NCBI RefSeq assembly: GCF_018260555.1
Contig: NZ_JAGLBB010000004.1
Coordinates: 14,142-78,141, forward strand
Direction of reading: 5' to 3'
From: Deinococcus sp.
Lineage (GTDB): Bacteria; Deinococcota; Deinococci; Deinococcales; Deinococcaceae
Length of the DNA: 64,000 nt
A model generated the notes under the pieces. The model did no database searches and was not told the origin of the DNA. It saw nothing but the letters and a program-made list of their open reading frames with translations. A program made the position numbers and the translations under genes. Each line of letters opens with the position of its first letter. The first letter of the stretch is position 1. Positions 1 through 11,026 of this stretch are shown one piece after another.

Positions 1-428
1 ATTTTGTCGTCAGCGGCCAGCTGGTCCACTGGGACAAGATCTACATCGACTTCCTGAGCAAGGTTCATAGCGGCACGTACACCACCAAGAACCTCCAGAA
101 CGTCGATTACTGGAACCTGCTGCGCGGCGGCAGCGTGGAACTCGGCGCGCAGGACGGCATGGCCATCAACCCCAAATGGGTGCCCGCCCTGAAAGCCAAG
201 AGCGTCACCGTGGGCGGCAAGAAAGTCAGCGTCTACGACCGCGTCATGACCCTGAAAGCCAACATGGAAAGAGGCGGCGGGTTTGACCCGTTCACTGGCC
301 CCATCAAGGACCGCAACGGCATCCTGCGCGTCCCCGCCGGGAAGGTCGCCAGTATCGCAGACCTGAACAGCATGTCCTGGGTCGCCCCGGGCGTCACCGG
401 ACAGGTCGCGGACGAACCCAAGAAGTAA
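1..428 (+). CDS. BMP-family (basic membrane lipoprotein/PnrA-like) ABC transporter substrate-binding protein, C-terminal fragment; the gene starts upstream of the window
   Basis: Frame is open from base 3 to TAA at 426-428. GC3 is high. The tail ...DPFTGPIKDRNGILRVPAGK... resembles BMP-family binding proteins. Confidence 0.55.
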   Translation, partial: FVVSGQLVHWDKIYIDFLSKVHSGTYTTKNLQNVDYWNLLRGGSVELGAQDGMAINPKWVPALKAKSVTVGGKKVSVYDRVMTLKANMERGGGFDPFTGPIKDRNGILRVPAGKVASIADLNSMSWVAPGVTGQVADEPKK

Positions 429-443
429 ACCCGTAGAAGGTCA

Positions 444-496
444 AAAGTCGATGGTTGACGGAAGGGAATGCGCCCTCTCCATCAACCATCGACTTT
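444..496. terminator. Perfect 15-bp inverted repeat (AAAGTCGATGGTTGA / TCAACCATCGACTTT) with a 23-nt loop, between convergent genes
   Basis: Arms read directly at 444-458 and 482-496. The right arm touches the stop codon of the MBL gene. There is no U-tract. Confidence 0.45.
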
Positions 497-1140
497 CAAC
501 GGTCCACTCTTCCCGCGCGGGCCTGCACCTGCGCGGCAGTCAGGACGCTGCCGTGGCCGGGCCATATCTCACGGAGGTCCATGCCCGCCATGGTGTTCAG
601 GGTGGCGACCGCCTGCGCGTGGTCGTGGTTGTACGCCGCGCGGGGCAGGTGCGCACCGTCTGCGCTGCCCATCACGGCGTCCGCGGCGATCAACACGCCG
701 CCGCGCCGCAGGCCGATCTGCCCGGCCGTGTGGCCCGGCAGGTGCACGACCTCCCACCCCAGCACGTCCTGACCCGGCAGCGCGGCCCGCAACGCAGGCG
801 CCGGGACTTTCGGGTGCGCGCGGGACACCAGCCGCCCCACGCCCGGACGGCCCGCCGGGTACGGCAGGTCATGCACCTGCCCAACCAGGGCCGGGTGCTC
901 CAGCGGGTGCGCCAGCACGCTCAGGCCCGCGCGCGCCGCCAGGAACGCGTTGCCCGAGTGATCCGGGTGCGCGTGCGTGATCAGCAGCGCGTCCGGCCGG
1001 AACGACCGCAGCAACCGCAGGAAATACGGCGCGTGCACCACCGTGCCGGTATCGACCAGCAGCCGTCCCTGCGGGGTGGTCAGCAGGAATACGTTGGCGT
1101 ACATAGGAACGCTGATCAACTCAGCACGGGAACCGGGCAT
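496..1140 (-). CDS. MBL-fold metallo-hydrolase
   Basis: Contains the HxHxDH motif (LLITHAHPDHSGN). Start is trimmed to ATG at 1138-1140 (MPGSRAELISVPMYANVFLL), because the longer ORF would overlap the divergent gene at 1193. Confidence 0.8.
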   Translation of the reverse strand: MPGSRAELISVPMYANVFLLTTPQGRLLVDTGTVVHAPYFLRLLRSFRPDALLITHAHPDHSGNAFLAARAGLSVLAHPLEHPALVGQVHDLPYPAGRPGVGRLVSRAHPKVPAPALRAALPGQDVLGWEVVHLPGHTAGQIGLRRGGVLIAADAVMGSADGAHLPRAAYNHDHAQAVATLNTMAGMDLREIWPGHGSVLTAAQVQARAGRVDR

Positions 1141-1192
1141 CCGCCGATGATGCCACGCGCCGCGCGTGCCCGTGCCGTAGTCTGGGCGGACC

Positions 1193-1756
1193 ATGAACCG
1201 AATCTCCTGGCTGGCCGTGCCGGACGAGCACTCCGCGCACGAAGGCGTACAGAAGCTCTGGGCGAAAGCCGAAGCGAACCTGGGCTTCACACCGAACGTG
1301 TTCCGCGCGCAGGCCCTGAACGGCGAGCACTTCCTGGCGTGGTGGAACGACTTCAATACCCTCGTCAACCGTGACGGGCACCTGACCCACACGGAACGCG
1401 AACTGATCGCCGTGATCGTCAGCGCCATCAACCGCTGCGTATACTGCGCCGTCTCACACGGCGCGGCCCTGCGTGAGTACAGCGGCGACCCCGCCTGGGC
1501 CGACAAGGTCGCCGTCAACTGGCGGCACGCCGTCCTCAGCCCACGGCAGGCCGCCCTGTGCGCCTACGCCGAGAAACTCACCCGCACGCCCGCCGACATG
1601 ACCGAATGCGACCTCGCGCCCCTGCGGAACGCAGGCCTGAACGACCACGAAATCCTGGAAGCCACCCAGGTCACCGGCATGTTCAACATGACCAACCGCG
1701 TCAGTAGCGCCCTGGGATTCGTACCCAACGCCGAGTACCACCAGCTGGGGCGCTGA
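1193..1756 (+). CDS. AhpD-like peroxidase-related enzyme (carboxymuconolactone decarboxylase family)
   Basis: 187 aa with the CxxC-type motif [10 protein letters not shown] typical of the alkylhydroperoxidase AhpD core. Confidence 0.8.
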   Translation: MNRISWLAVPDEHSAHEGVQKLWAKAEANLGFTPNVFRAQALNGEHFLAWWNDFNTLVNRDGHLTHTERELIAVIVSAINRCVYCAVSHGAALREYSGDPAWADKVAVNWRHAVLSPRQAALCAYAEKLTRTPADMTECDLAPLRNAGLNDHEILEATQVTGMFNMTNRVSSALGFVPNAEYHQLGR

Positions 1757-1814
1757 CCGCGACGACTGGCCGAGGACCGGCGCCCCTGAACGACTGGTTG
1801 CCCCTTGATGATCG

Positions 1815-1844
1815 GCGCCCCTGACCGGAGAGGTCAAGGGGCGC
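1815..1844. terminator. GC-rich hairpin between convergent genes
   Basis: GGCGCCCCTGACC / GGTCAAGGGGCGC forms a 12-bp stem with one bulge and a 5-nt loop. Confidence 0.5.
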
Positions 1845-1855
1845 GCGGGCTGAGA

Positions 1856-2701
1856 TCACTCGTCGCGGGTGTACCCGGTGGCCGCCCAGCCGCAGCCGGC
1901 GCGCACGAGGTTGACCGTGCCGCTGTACGTGCCGCTCACCTGCTGACCGTTACTGTTCTGCTTGCCGGACAGCGTGACGCTCCCGGACACCTGCGCGCTG
2001 TTGCCACTGACACTGGCCCCGCCGGCACTGACTGAGAACCGCACGTTGGAGTACACCGCCGAGTACGCACCCAGCGCAGCGGAGATGGCGTCTTTAGCAG
2101 CGCCGACGGCCGCCGAGCTGGCGTTGGCGCGGTCCGCTTGCGGGGTCAGATTGCAGGCGGCGGGCGCGGCGTCCTGAGCGTCGGCGCCACTGCCAGCTCC
2201 GGCGGACGGCAGGCTACCCTGCAGATTCTCGACATGCACGCGGTAATTGACTCCCAGCGCGAAACGGGGCCCGGTGATGGCCTGGAGCGAAGTGTTGATC
2301 CGCTGAACGCCCGCCTCCACGTACGCTTCGACCGGGACCAGGGCCAGCCCGTACCGTGCACCCAGTCCGCCCTGAAACGCGACGTTGTTACGGATGGTGT
2401 CAATCCCGGCCAGGGCGTAGGTGGTGAAGTTCCCGGCGCGGAACAGGTCCACCGACACCCCCAGACCGAAGGACGCCGTGCCGGGCTCACCCTCAATGTT
2501 GCTGGAGCAGAAGGACCCCTGACCGTACAGGCCCACGCGGTCCGAGCGGATGCCCGCCCGGACGCCCGCCACCTGACAGCCCAGGCCCAGGCTGCTGTTC
2601 AGACCCAGGGTGACATCGGCGGCGCTGGCGGTGCTGGGGAGAGTGACGGCGGTGAGGGACAGGGCGGCGGCAGTGACGGTCAACCAGGTGCGTTTGAACA
2701 T
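1856..2701 (-). CDS. Secreted hypothetical protein (signal peptide, Gly/Ser-rich, beta-rich N-terminal half)
   Basis: Start trimmed to ATG at 2699-2701 (MFKRTWLTVTAAALSLTAVTLPSTASA, a signal peptide). GC3 is high. Confidence 0.6.
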   Translation of the reverse strand: MFKRTWLTVTAAALSLTAVTLPSTASAADVTLGLNSSLGLGCQVAGVRAGIRSDRVGLYGQGSFCSSNIEGEPGTASFGLGVSVDLFRAGNFTTYALAGIDTIRNNVAFQGGLGARYGLALVPVEAYVEAGVQRINTSLQAITGPRFALGVNYRVHVENLQGSLPSAGAGSGADAQDAAPAACNLTPQADRANASSAAVGAAKDAISAALGAYSAVYSNVRFSVSAGGASVSGNSAQVSGSVTLSGKQNSNGQQVSGTYSGTVNLVRAGCGWAATGYTRDE

Positions 2702-2901
2702 GCGGACTCCAGGGCTTCGTGAGGATAGGGGTGTAGAGAACAACGGATGAGCGCGGTGATGGGGGGGCGCGTTCGCGGGAGGTGACGTGATTACCCTAAC
2801 ACCCTGACATGGCGCGGCCTTCATTACCGGCCGGCGGCTCAGTTCAGTACGTCGGCAGTACGTAGAAAGTACATCGTCAGGGCGTATTCCAATCCGGAAT
2901 A

Positions 2902-3043
2902 TCATCCGGATTCCGTCTGTTTCACTAACATTTCCGGAACATCACCGGACCTGCCAGCTCCACGTCCGGAACCCGCTTGGGCTCCCACTCGCTTCACTCT
3001 GGTTGAACGGTCTTTACAGCCCATTCAATCGGGGTCGGTATCA
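2902..3043 (+). repeat. MITE-like repeat, family B copy
   Basis: Aligns over its full length with copies at 32543-32680 and 42325-42461. The 3' hairpin is GGTTGAACGG...CCATTCAATCGG. The terminal TCA is the hbd stop codon. Confidence 0.75.
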
Positions 3044-3877
3044 GTACGTATAGAAGCCCTGTCCGCTCTTGCGGCCCAGCAGACCGGCCTGCACCATCTT
3101 GCGCAGCAGCGGGCTGGGGCGGTACTTGTCGTCGCCCAGACCCTGGTGCAGCACCTCCATGATGGCGAGGCAGGTGTCCAGCCCAATGAAGTCCGCCAGC
3201 GTCAGCGGTCCCATGGGGTGGTTCATGCCGAGTTTCATGATGCCGTCGATGGCCCCCGGTTGCGCCACGCCTTCCATGACGCACTGGATGGCCTCGTTCA
3301 GCATGGGCATCAGGATACGGTTGCTGACGAAACCGGGAAAGTCATTGCAGGCGAGCGGGGTCTTCCCCATTCGCTCGGCGGTCTGCGTGACGAACTGCGC
3401 GGTCTGGTCGCTGGTGCTGTAGCCGCGAATCACCTCGACCAGTTGCATCAGCGGCACCGGGTTCATGAAGTGCATCCCGATGAACCGTTCCGGGCGGCCC
3501 GACGCGCTCGCCAGGGCCGTGATCGGAATGGAACTGGTGTTGCTCGCCAGCACTCCTTCCGGTTTCACGATCTGCCCCAGTCGGCGGAACAGGTCGGCCT
3601 TGACTGCCTCGTTCTCCACGATGGCTTCGACGACCAGATCGCAGTCCGCGAAGGCGTTCAGGTCCGTCGTGAACTCAATGCGGCCCAGCACCACGTCCGG
3701 CGTGTCTGTCAGGCGGCCCTTCTCGTGCAGTTTCGCGACAGACTTCTCGATCACGGCGCGGCCCCGGTCCAGGAATTCCTGCTTCATGTCCTGCACGACC
3801 ACGGTAAATCCACTCTGCGCGGCGACCTGCGCGATACCGCCGCCCATCTGCCCAGCTCCGATCACTCCGAATTTCAT
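3041..3877 (-). CDS. hbd: 3-hydroxybutyryl-CoA dehydrogenase
   Basis: [17 protein letters not shown] Rossmann N-terminus and full-length 3-hydroxyacyl-CoA dehydrogenase architecture (278 aa). Confidence 0.9.
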   Translation of the reverse strand: MKFGVIGAGQMGGGIAQVAAQSGFTVVVQDMKQEFLDRGRAVIEKSVAKLHEKGRLTDTPDVVLGRIEFTTDLNAFADCDLVVEAIVENEAVKADLFRRLGQIVKPEGVLASNTSSIPITALASASGRPERFIGMHFMNPVPLMQLVEVIRGYSTSDQTAQFVTQTAERMGKTPLACNDFPGFVSNRILMPMLNEAIQCVMEGVAQPGAIDGIMKLGMNHPMGPLTLADFIGLDTCLAIMEVLHQGLGDDKYRPSPLLRKMVQAGLLGRKSGQGFYTY

Positions 3878-4031
3878 GGGGACTCCTGTTCAGTCCGGTC
3901 TGCCCCGGACGGGAATACGTTCGAGAATGGTTTCCAACTGCTGGGTGATCCCAGGTGGGCCCCTCCGGGCACCCGGCCCTGATGGACGGTCACCGTGAGG
4001 GCACCGACCTGAAACGGCAGTCCGTCCAGAC

Positions 4032-4346
4032 TCACTCGACGAGCGGGACGCCCTCGATCTGCACGGCCCGGCCGCGTTTGACAGGGTTGAAGGCGGTGTA
4101 CGTGTAGCGCGAGCATCCGGCCTGCACGAAGGGGTCCTGGGCGAACAGGTCCAGGAGTTCCTGCAACGTGTCGGCCTGCGCGACGAGCACGCCGCCCGTG
4201 TTGTCGACCTTGCGGCCGCTGGTGAGGAACACGCCGCTTCTGTAGTGCTGGTCAAGCCACTGGCGGTGGGCGGGCGTGACGCTGGCGATCTCGTCGGTGG
4301 GTTTGAGGTAGGTGCTCTCGATGATCCACAGGGTCGGAGTTGCCAT
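4032..4346 (-). CDS. YciI family protein
   Basis: 104 aa. Size and pattern (..HRQWLDQHYRSGVFLTSGRK..) fit YciI-like proteins. It lies 3 nt downstream of the thiolase gene. Confidence 0.7.
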   Translation of the reverse strand: MATPTLWIIESTYLKPTDEIASVTPAHRQWLDQHYRSGVFLTSGRKVDNTGGVLVAQADTLQELLDLFAQDPFVQAGCSRYTYTAFNPVKRGRAVQIEGVPLVE

Positions 4347-4349
4347 GCT

Positions 4350-5531
4350 TTAGCCTACCCGCTTGACGGCCAGGGAAAGGCCGTTGCCGCCGCCCATGCA
4401 CAGCGTGGCGACGCCAGTTTCCTTGCCCTGTTGCTTCAGGGCGTGCAGGAGCGTCACCAGGATGCGCGCGCCCGAGGCGCCGATGGGGTGTCCCAGGGCG
4501 ACCGCGCCGCCGTTCACGTTGACACGCGCGGGGTCCAGGCCGAGTTCGCGGCTGACGGCGAGGCTCTGGACGCTGAAGGCTTCGTTGAGTTCCCACAGGT
4601 CCACATCACCGACCTGCCAGCCGAGTTTGCCCAGGAGTCTGTGCGTGGCGGGAACGGGCGTCATCATGACCCATTCGGGCGCGAGGCCACCCGTGGCGTA
4701 ATCGATGATTTCCGCCAGGGGGCTCAGGCCGTGCGCCTGGGCGAAGTCGGCGCTGACGACCATGAGGCTGGCGGCGCCGTCGTTCAGGCCGGGGGCGTTC
4801 CCGGCGGTGACGGTGCCACCCGGCTTGAAGGCGGGTCTGAGGCGGCCCAGGGTTTCCTCGCTGGTGTCGGCGCGGGGGCCCTCGTCGGTGTCGATGATCG
4901 TGTCGCCCTTACGGCCCCTGACAGTAACGGGCACGGTCTCATCCGTGAAGCGGCCCGCCTGCCGGGCGGCAACAGCGCGGCGGTGGCTCTGCGTGGCGTA
5001 GGCGTCCTGTTCCTCGCGGGTGATGGCGTACTTCTCGGCGACTCGTTCGCCGGTCAGGCCCATGCCCTCATCGTTGATGGAGCACCACAGGCCGTCCTGG
5101 GTGTTCGCGTCGATGACCTGCGCGTGGCCCAGGCGGTAGCCTTTGCGCGCGCCGGGCAGCAGGTGCGGCGCGTTACTCATGGATTCCATGCCGCCCGCCA
5201 GCACGGCGTGCTGGTCCCCGGCGCGGATGCTCTGCGCGGCCAGGATCACGGCTTTCAGGCCGCTGCCGCACACCTTGTTGATGGTGAGCGCGCCGACCTC
5301 GTTCGTGAGTCCGGCTTTCAGGGCGGCCTGCCGGGCGGGGTTCTGCCCGCTCCCGGCCTGCACGACCTGCCCCATGATGACCTCCTCGATGGGTTCTGAT
5401 CCCAGGCCGCTGCGGCGCAGGGTCTCGCGCAGGGTGATGGCGCCCAGGTCCACGGCGCTGACACTTTCCAGGCTTCCCAGGAACTTCCCGGTAGGCGTGC
5501 GGCTGGCCGCTACGATCACTGCTTTTTGCAT
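4350..5531 (-). CDS. Acetyl-CoA C-acetyltransferase (thiolase II)
   Basis: 393 aa with [17 protein letters not shown], the active-site region [10 protein letters not shown] and the C-terminal GGGNG motif. Confidence 0.95.
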   Translation of the reverse strand: MQKAVIVAASRTPTGKFLGSLESVSAVDLGAITLRETLRRSGLGSEPIEEVIMGQVVQAGSGQNPARQAALKAGLTNEVGALTINKVCGSGLKAVILAAQSIRAGDQHAVLAGGMESMSNAPHLLPGARKGYRLGHAQVIDANTQDGLWCSINDEGMGLTGERVAEKYAITREEQDAYATQSHRRAVAARQAGRFTDETVPVTVRGRKGDTIIDTDEGPRADTSEETLGRLRPAFKPGGTVTAGNAPGLNDGAASLMVVSADFAQAHGLSPLAEIIDYATGGLAPEWVMMTPVPATHRLLGKLGWQVGDVDLWELNEAFSVQSLAVSRELGLDPARVNVNGGAVALGHPIGASGARILVTLLHALKQQGKETGVATLCMGGGNGLSLAVKRVG

Positions 5532-5690
5532 GCGCGCAGCATAGCGCGCCCCGCCTAACGGGCGTTAGGCAGAGGGCCACCGGACGTGGCCCGCAAGGCT
5601 CCCCCGGGCATCCGCCTCGGCGCGGAGCAGCCCTCCCACTGAACCTCTGCGTGCGGAGGAGGCCGGCAGGCGGTGCGGGCGGCATAGATG

Positions 5691-5750
5691 CCTTCTAAAC
5701 TGCCACCTTCTAAGCCGCCGCCGTCTATGCCGCCGCCTTTTAAGCCGCGT
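5691..5750. repeat. Tandem array, 4 x 15 bp (CCTTCTAAGCCGCCG-like)
   Basis: Units are at 5691, 5706, 5721 and 5736, directly upstream of the -10-like TAGCGT (5753-5758) of ffh. Confidence 0.7.
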
Positions 5751-5764
5751 GGTAGCGTGGCAGC

Positions 5765-7105
<1,341 letters not shown>

Positions 7106-7208
7106 AGTATCCACCACCCTGACCAGCCAGCAAGGCCCCGGACCACTCGCACTCCGGGGGCATTCCCGTGCGCGCAGCACGCCCTTCCCCATCACCCGAC
7201 CCCAGCGG

Positions 7209-7237
7209 TTGACATGCACACCCAGCGCCCATATACT
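7209..7237 (+). promoter_or_regulatory. Sigma-70-type promoter for tRNA-Lys
   Basis: TTGACA (7209-7214), a 17-nt spacer, then TATACT (7232-7237), about 50 nt upstream of the tRNA. Confidence 0.6.
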
Positions 7238-7287
7238 CATCCCCGCTGAGAACGCGCCTACGCGGCACGCGCAAGCCAAACACAGGT

Positions 7288-7364
<77 letters not shown>

Positions 7365-7368
7365 GGAA

Positions 7369-7391
7369 AACCCCCGTCCAGTACGGGGGTT
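7369..7391 (+). terminator. Hairpin terminator after tRNA-Lys
   Basis: AACCCCCGT-ccagt-ACGGGGGTT followed by CTTGCTATTT. Confidence 0.65.
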
Positions 7392-7483
7392 CTTGCTATT
7401 TCAGGCAGCATGCTCTGGTTGAAGCTCCCGTGACGTGCCGTGACCGAGGAACGCACCGTGACGTACAGCCGGATGCCGTGCTG

Positions 7484-7690
7484 CTACGCCAGCGCCGCCC
7501 ACAGGACGCCCGCCACAATCAGCGCCAGCACACCCGCGCCGGTCAGTGCCCAGCGTGCCCAGGGGACGCGGCGAGAGAGGAACGCCAGGAACAGCAGCGC
7601 GCACGCCAGGGCGCAGACCTCCCACGGCGCGCCCCGGTCAGCGTTCACGATCACCACTGGCACCGTCCGGCTTTCAAGGGGGCCGGTCAC
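7484..7690 (-). CDS. Small hypothetical membrane protein (two predicted TM helices)
   Basis: 68-codon ORF with a GTG start and very high GC3. Hydrophobic segments are CALACALLFLAFL and GAGVLALIVAGVLWAAL. The exact start is uncertain. Confidence 0.4.
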   Translation of the reverse strand: MTGPLESRTVPVVIVNADRGAPWEVCALACALLFLAFLSRRVPWARWALTGAGVLALIVAGVLWAALA

Positions 7691-7856
7691 TGCCTACCCC
7701 GCAGCATGGCCCGGACGCGCAGCGGGGCGCGCACGATCACCCGCACAGGCCACGGCAGGGGCGGACCGGTGAAGGTAGGGCCGAAGGTGGCAGTGGCTGG
7801 GGTCACTCGTGGTTTCGGGCGCACGTTCGCTTCACCTCTTTTCAGGAAGACCGGCG

Positions 7857-8255
7857 TTACCAGTGGCGGGTGTCGCTGTCGGGTTCCTCGCTGAGGAGCC
7901 AGAGGGAGCGGGCGGTGCGGGCGGCTTCGGTCTGCGCGTCCAGCAGAACGCGTTCGAGGTCGGCGTTCAGGCGAGGGTGGCGGCGGCGAAACTGGGCGTG
8001 ATAGCACAGCAGCAGGGCGAGGCGGGCGGGGCGCTGCTCGGGGTCGGTGAGCACGTCGTACAGGGCGTCCCAGTTCTGGCCGAAGGTGTCGCCCAGGCCC
8101 AGGCCGTTCAGGAACGCGAGCATGAGGCTGCTCTTGTCGTAGACGTCCCCGAGGTTGATTTCGCGTACGCTGACCTGATTTCCGGCGGCCAGGATGCGCG
8201 GCTCGTGCGGCGCGGTCTGGATCCCCTGGGGCGCTTCGTTGAAGACCTGCATCAT
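7857..8255 (-). CDS. Barstar-family ribonuclease inhibitor
   Basis: FGQNWDALYDVLTD matches the barstar YGENLDALWDCLTG region. Its ATG (8253-8255) overlaps the upstream RNase stop as ATGA. Confidence 0.75.
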   Translation of the reverse strand: MMQVFNEAPQGIQTAPHEPRILAAGNQVSVREINLGDVYDKSSLMLAFLNGLGLGDTFGQNWDALYDVLTDPEQRPARLALLLCYHAQFRRRHPRLNADLERVLLDAQTEAARTARSLWLLSEEPDSDTRHW

Positions 8256-8719
8256 GGTCGGATCCTCCTGAAGGTGTCGTAGTGGTCGGCGGTGTAGTAA
8301 CACTCGGTGGTGTTGGTGCGGGGCTGGCCGCCGCAGACGATGCGGCGTGCGCCCCGGTCACTCTGGCCGGGGGTGGGGACGGTGTACTCGCGGTAGTAGC
8401 CCCTGTTCTGGGGGGGCAGCAGGCGTTCGCGGTTGCCGAAGGTGCTTCCGTCTTTGCTGTAGCGCAGGGGACCACCCTGGGCGATGCGGGTCAGGACCGT
8501 CTGGGCTTCGCGGGGCAGGTCGCGCGCGGCGACCTCTGGCAGGCCACTGTGCGGGTCGCGGGTGGAGGCTGGCGGGGCGGTGCGGGTGGGGGCCGCTTGC
8601 GTGGTGGGCTGCGTGGTCGTCTGTGTGGTGGGTTGCGTGCGGTCGGCCTGCGGGAGGTCGCAAGCAGTCAGAAGCGCGCCGAGCAACAGGGCAACGAGGG
8701 TGGGGGCGGCGCGGTTCAC
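8252..8719 (-). CDS. Secreted guanyl-specific ribonuclease (barnase/RNase Sa family), putative lipoprotein
   Basis: C-terminal YREYTVPTPG...RGARRIV...YYTADHYDTFRRI motifs. Start trimmed to GTG at 8717-8719, which gives a signal peptide with the lipobox LLTAC and a T/P/Q-rich linker. Confidence 0.75.
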   Translation of the reverse strand: MNRAAPTLVALLLGALLTACDLPQADRTQPTTQTTTQPTTQAAPTRTAPPASTRDPHSGLPEVAARDLPREAQTVLTRIAQGGPLRYSKDGSTFGNRERLLPPQNRGYYREYTVPTPGQSDRGARRIVCGGQPRTNTTECYYTADHYDTFRRIRP

Positions 8720-8944
8720 GGGTCCGAGTGTAGGCCCTGGGTGTCCAGCCGGGTCAGGAGGTGGGCGCGGAGTAGCGTTAATCCTTTGTAGGGGGGCGGG
8801 CCATGGTGCAGACCGGTCTGGCGTTCCACGCGCACGTTCGTGCGCCGTGCGAGTTGAGGCGGGTGGAGGGGGTGGGTGCAGGGGACCGCGTGCCATTACG
8901 GCGCCCTGCAATCGAAGTCCGTCTGCTGGCTCCAAGTGGTGTGC

Positions 8945-9769
8945 TCAGGCGAGGTTGCCATTGCTCAGGACGCCCGTGGCGATCAGGATCAGGATGATCA
9001 CGCCCACCACCACGCGGTAGATCGCGAAGGGCTTGAACGTGTTGGTGGACACGAACCGCAGCAGCCAGCCGATGCTGAGGTACGCGACCACGAACGAGAC
9101 ACCGGCCCCCAGCAGCACGTTCCCCACGCCGATCTCGGCGAGGATGTCGCGGCTCTTGATGAAGTCCAGCAGGGCCGCGCCGCCCAGCGTGGGAACGCCC
9201 AGGTAGAAGCTGAACTTGGTGGCGGTGGGCCGGTCGAGGCCCAGGACCATGCCGCCCAGGATGGAGCTGGCGCTACGGGAGAAGCCCGGCCACAGCAGCG
9301 CGAGGCACTGCACGGCGCCGATCATCAGGCTGCGGGGCACGCCGATCTTCTCGATGGCGGCCACGCTCGGGGTGACGCGGCGGCTTTCGAGGAGCCAGAT
9401 GATCACGCCGCCCACGATCAGCGCCCAGGCGACCACGCTGGGCCGGAACAGGTTGGCCTTGATGGCGTCCCCGAACAGCAGGCCCAGGATCACGGCGGGA
9501 ATGCAGGCGACGAGCACGCCCAGCCAGAGCGTCTGCTGGCTGCGGTCGCTTCCGATGCGGCGGATCTGCAGGAAATCCTTCCAGTAGTATGCGAGGACGG
9601 CCAGAATCGCGCCGCCCTGAATGACGACCTCGAAGGTGTCCTTGACTTCCTTGGTCCACGGGACGCCCAGCAGGTTCCCGGTGAGAATCAGGTGGCCGGT
9701 CGAACTGATCGGCAGGAATTCCGTGATGCCCTCGACGATGCCGTAAACGATTGCGTAGAACCAGTCCAT
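8945..9769 (-). CDS. uppP: Undecaprenyl-diphosphate phosphatase
   Basis: 274 aa with the BacA signature EGITEFLPISSTGHL and a polytopic membrane profile. Confidence 0.95.
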   Translation of the reverse strand: MDWFYAIVYGIVEGITEFLPISSTGHLILTGNLLGVPWTKEVKDTFEVVIQGGAILAVLAYYWKDFLQIRRIGSDRSQQTLWLGVLVACIPAVILGLLFGDAIKANLFRPSVVAWALIVGGVIIWLLESRRVTPSVAAIEKIGVPRSLMIGAVQCLALLWPGFSRSASSILGGMVLGLDRPTATKFSFYLGVPTLGGAALLDFIKSRDILAEIGVGNVLLGAGVSFVVAYLSIGWLLRFVSTNTFKPFAIYRVVVGVIILILIATGVLSNGNLA

Positions 9770-10091
9770 AGCTGCCGATTGTAATCCCTGTTACTGGGCA
9801 CGGCGCGTCCCTCTTTAGGTGCACCCTGGGGGTCTGGGTATGCACAGTTCCGGGCGGCGCTTAGAGCCCAATGCCGGGAAGCGATTAGCGGACCAGCGGG
9901 ATGGGCGGGTGATCCCGGTCCCCTCTGGCAACGGCAGCGGCGGGTGTCGTATAATTTCCGTTTGGGTGCCCCCGTGACCCGCTGTGCGCGCTGGAGCGTC
10001 GCGTATGGCCTGGCCCACCTTCGGCGTTCATGACGCTGGGCTGGCACGAGAACGGCAAACTTGTCCCACATTTCAACGCTCAGGAGTTCAT

Positions 10092-10844
10092 ATGTCGTAC
10101 ATCTCCATGAAGCAACTGCTGGAAGCCGGAGTTCACTTCGGTCACGAAACCAAGCGCTGGAACCCCAAGTTCAAGCGTTTCATCTTCGCCGAGCGTAACG
10201 GCATCTTCATCATCGACCTGCAGAAGACCCTCAAGCAGGTGGACCGCTCCTTCGACTTCATCAAGGAACTGTCCGAGCGTGGCGGCGTCATCCTGTTCGT
10301 CGGTACCAAAAAGCAGGCCCAGGAGATCGTGGAACTCGAAGCGCGCCGCACGGGCATGCCCTTCGTCACGAGCCGCTGGCTCGGCGGGATGCTCACGAAC
10401 TTCAAGACCATGCGCACCCGCATCGACCGCCTGAACGAACTCGACGAGATGTTCGAGTCGGGCCGCGTCAACGACCGCCTGAAGGCCGAGCGCATCAAGC
10501 TGGCCGCCGAGCGTGACCGTCTGCAGCGCTTCGTGGGGGGCATCCGCAAGATGAACCGCCTGCCCGACGCGATCTTCGTGGTGGACCCCACCAAGGAAGT
10601 CATCGCCGTGCAGGAAGCCAACAAACTGGGGATTCCCGTCATCGCCCTGGCCGACACGGACAGTGACCCGGACGTTATCGATTACATCGTTCCCGGGAAC
10701 GACGACGCGATCCGCTCCATCCAGCTGATCACGCACCGCATCGGCGACCTGCTCGTCGAAGCGCGCGGCGGCGGCGAGGATGTCGGCGCGGCCGAGGAAG
10801 AAACCGCCACGGAAGCCGCCGGACCCGAGCAGACCGAAAGCTAA
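10092..10844 (+). CDS. rpsB: 30S ribosomal protein S2
   Basis: Start trimmed to ATG at 10092, preceded by AGGAG at 10082-10086. Sequence begins MSYISMKQLLEAGVHFGHETKRWNPKF. Confidence 0.97.
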   Translation: MSYISMKQLLEAGVHFGHETKRWNPKFKRFIFAERNGIFIIDLQKTLKQVDRSFDFIKELSERGGVILFVGTKKQAQEIVELEARRTGMPFVTSRWLGGMLTNFKTMRTRIDRLNELDEMFESGRVNDRLKAERIKLAAERDRLQRFVGGIRKMNRLPDAIFVVDPTKEVIAVQEANKLGIPVIALADTDSDPDVIDYIVPGNDDAIRSIQLITHRIGDLLVEARGGGEDVGAAEEETATEAAGPEQTES

Positions 10845-11026
10845 GGCCCGACGCGACCGGAAAGGAGGGGGTTGTCCGGCGAGTACGCTCTTCGGACCAC
10901 CCTTTTTTCCGGCCCAGCCCCGGCCCGGCCCTAGCTCAACCTTGGCCCAGCCCCGGCCGTGCCCGGACTTCCGGGCGCACACCCACCCAACCCCAAGAAA
11001 GTTCAAGCCGACACAGGAGGCATGAC

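Noticed and set aside
9984-10091. Upstream extensions of conserved genes in the ORF track (rpsB from 9984, pyrH from 11942, frr from 12943, dxr from 14462, rseP from 15787, crp-like from 47344, FprA-type from 48251, FNR from 49771)
   Set aside because: The conserved protein N-termini begin at internal start codons preceded by SD or -10-like elements. The extensions are Arg/Pro-rich and often overlap the preceding gene or repeat elements.
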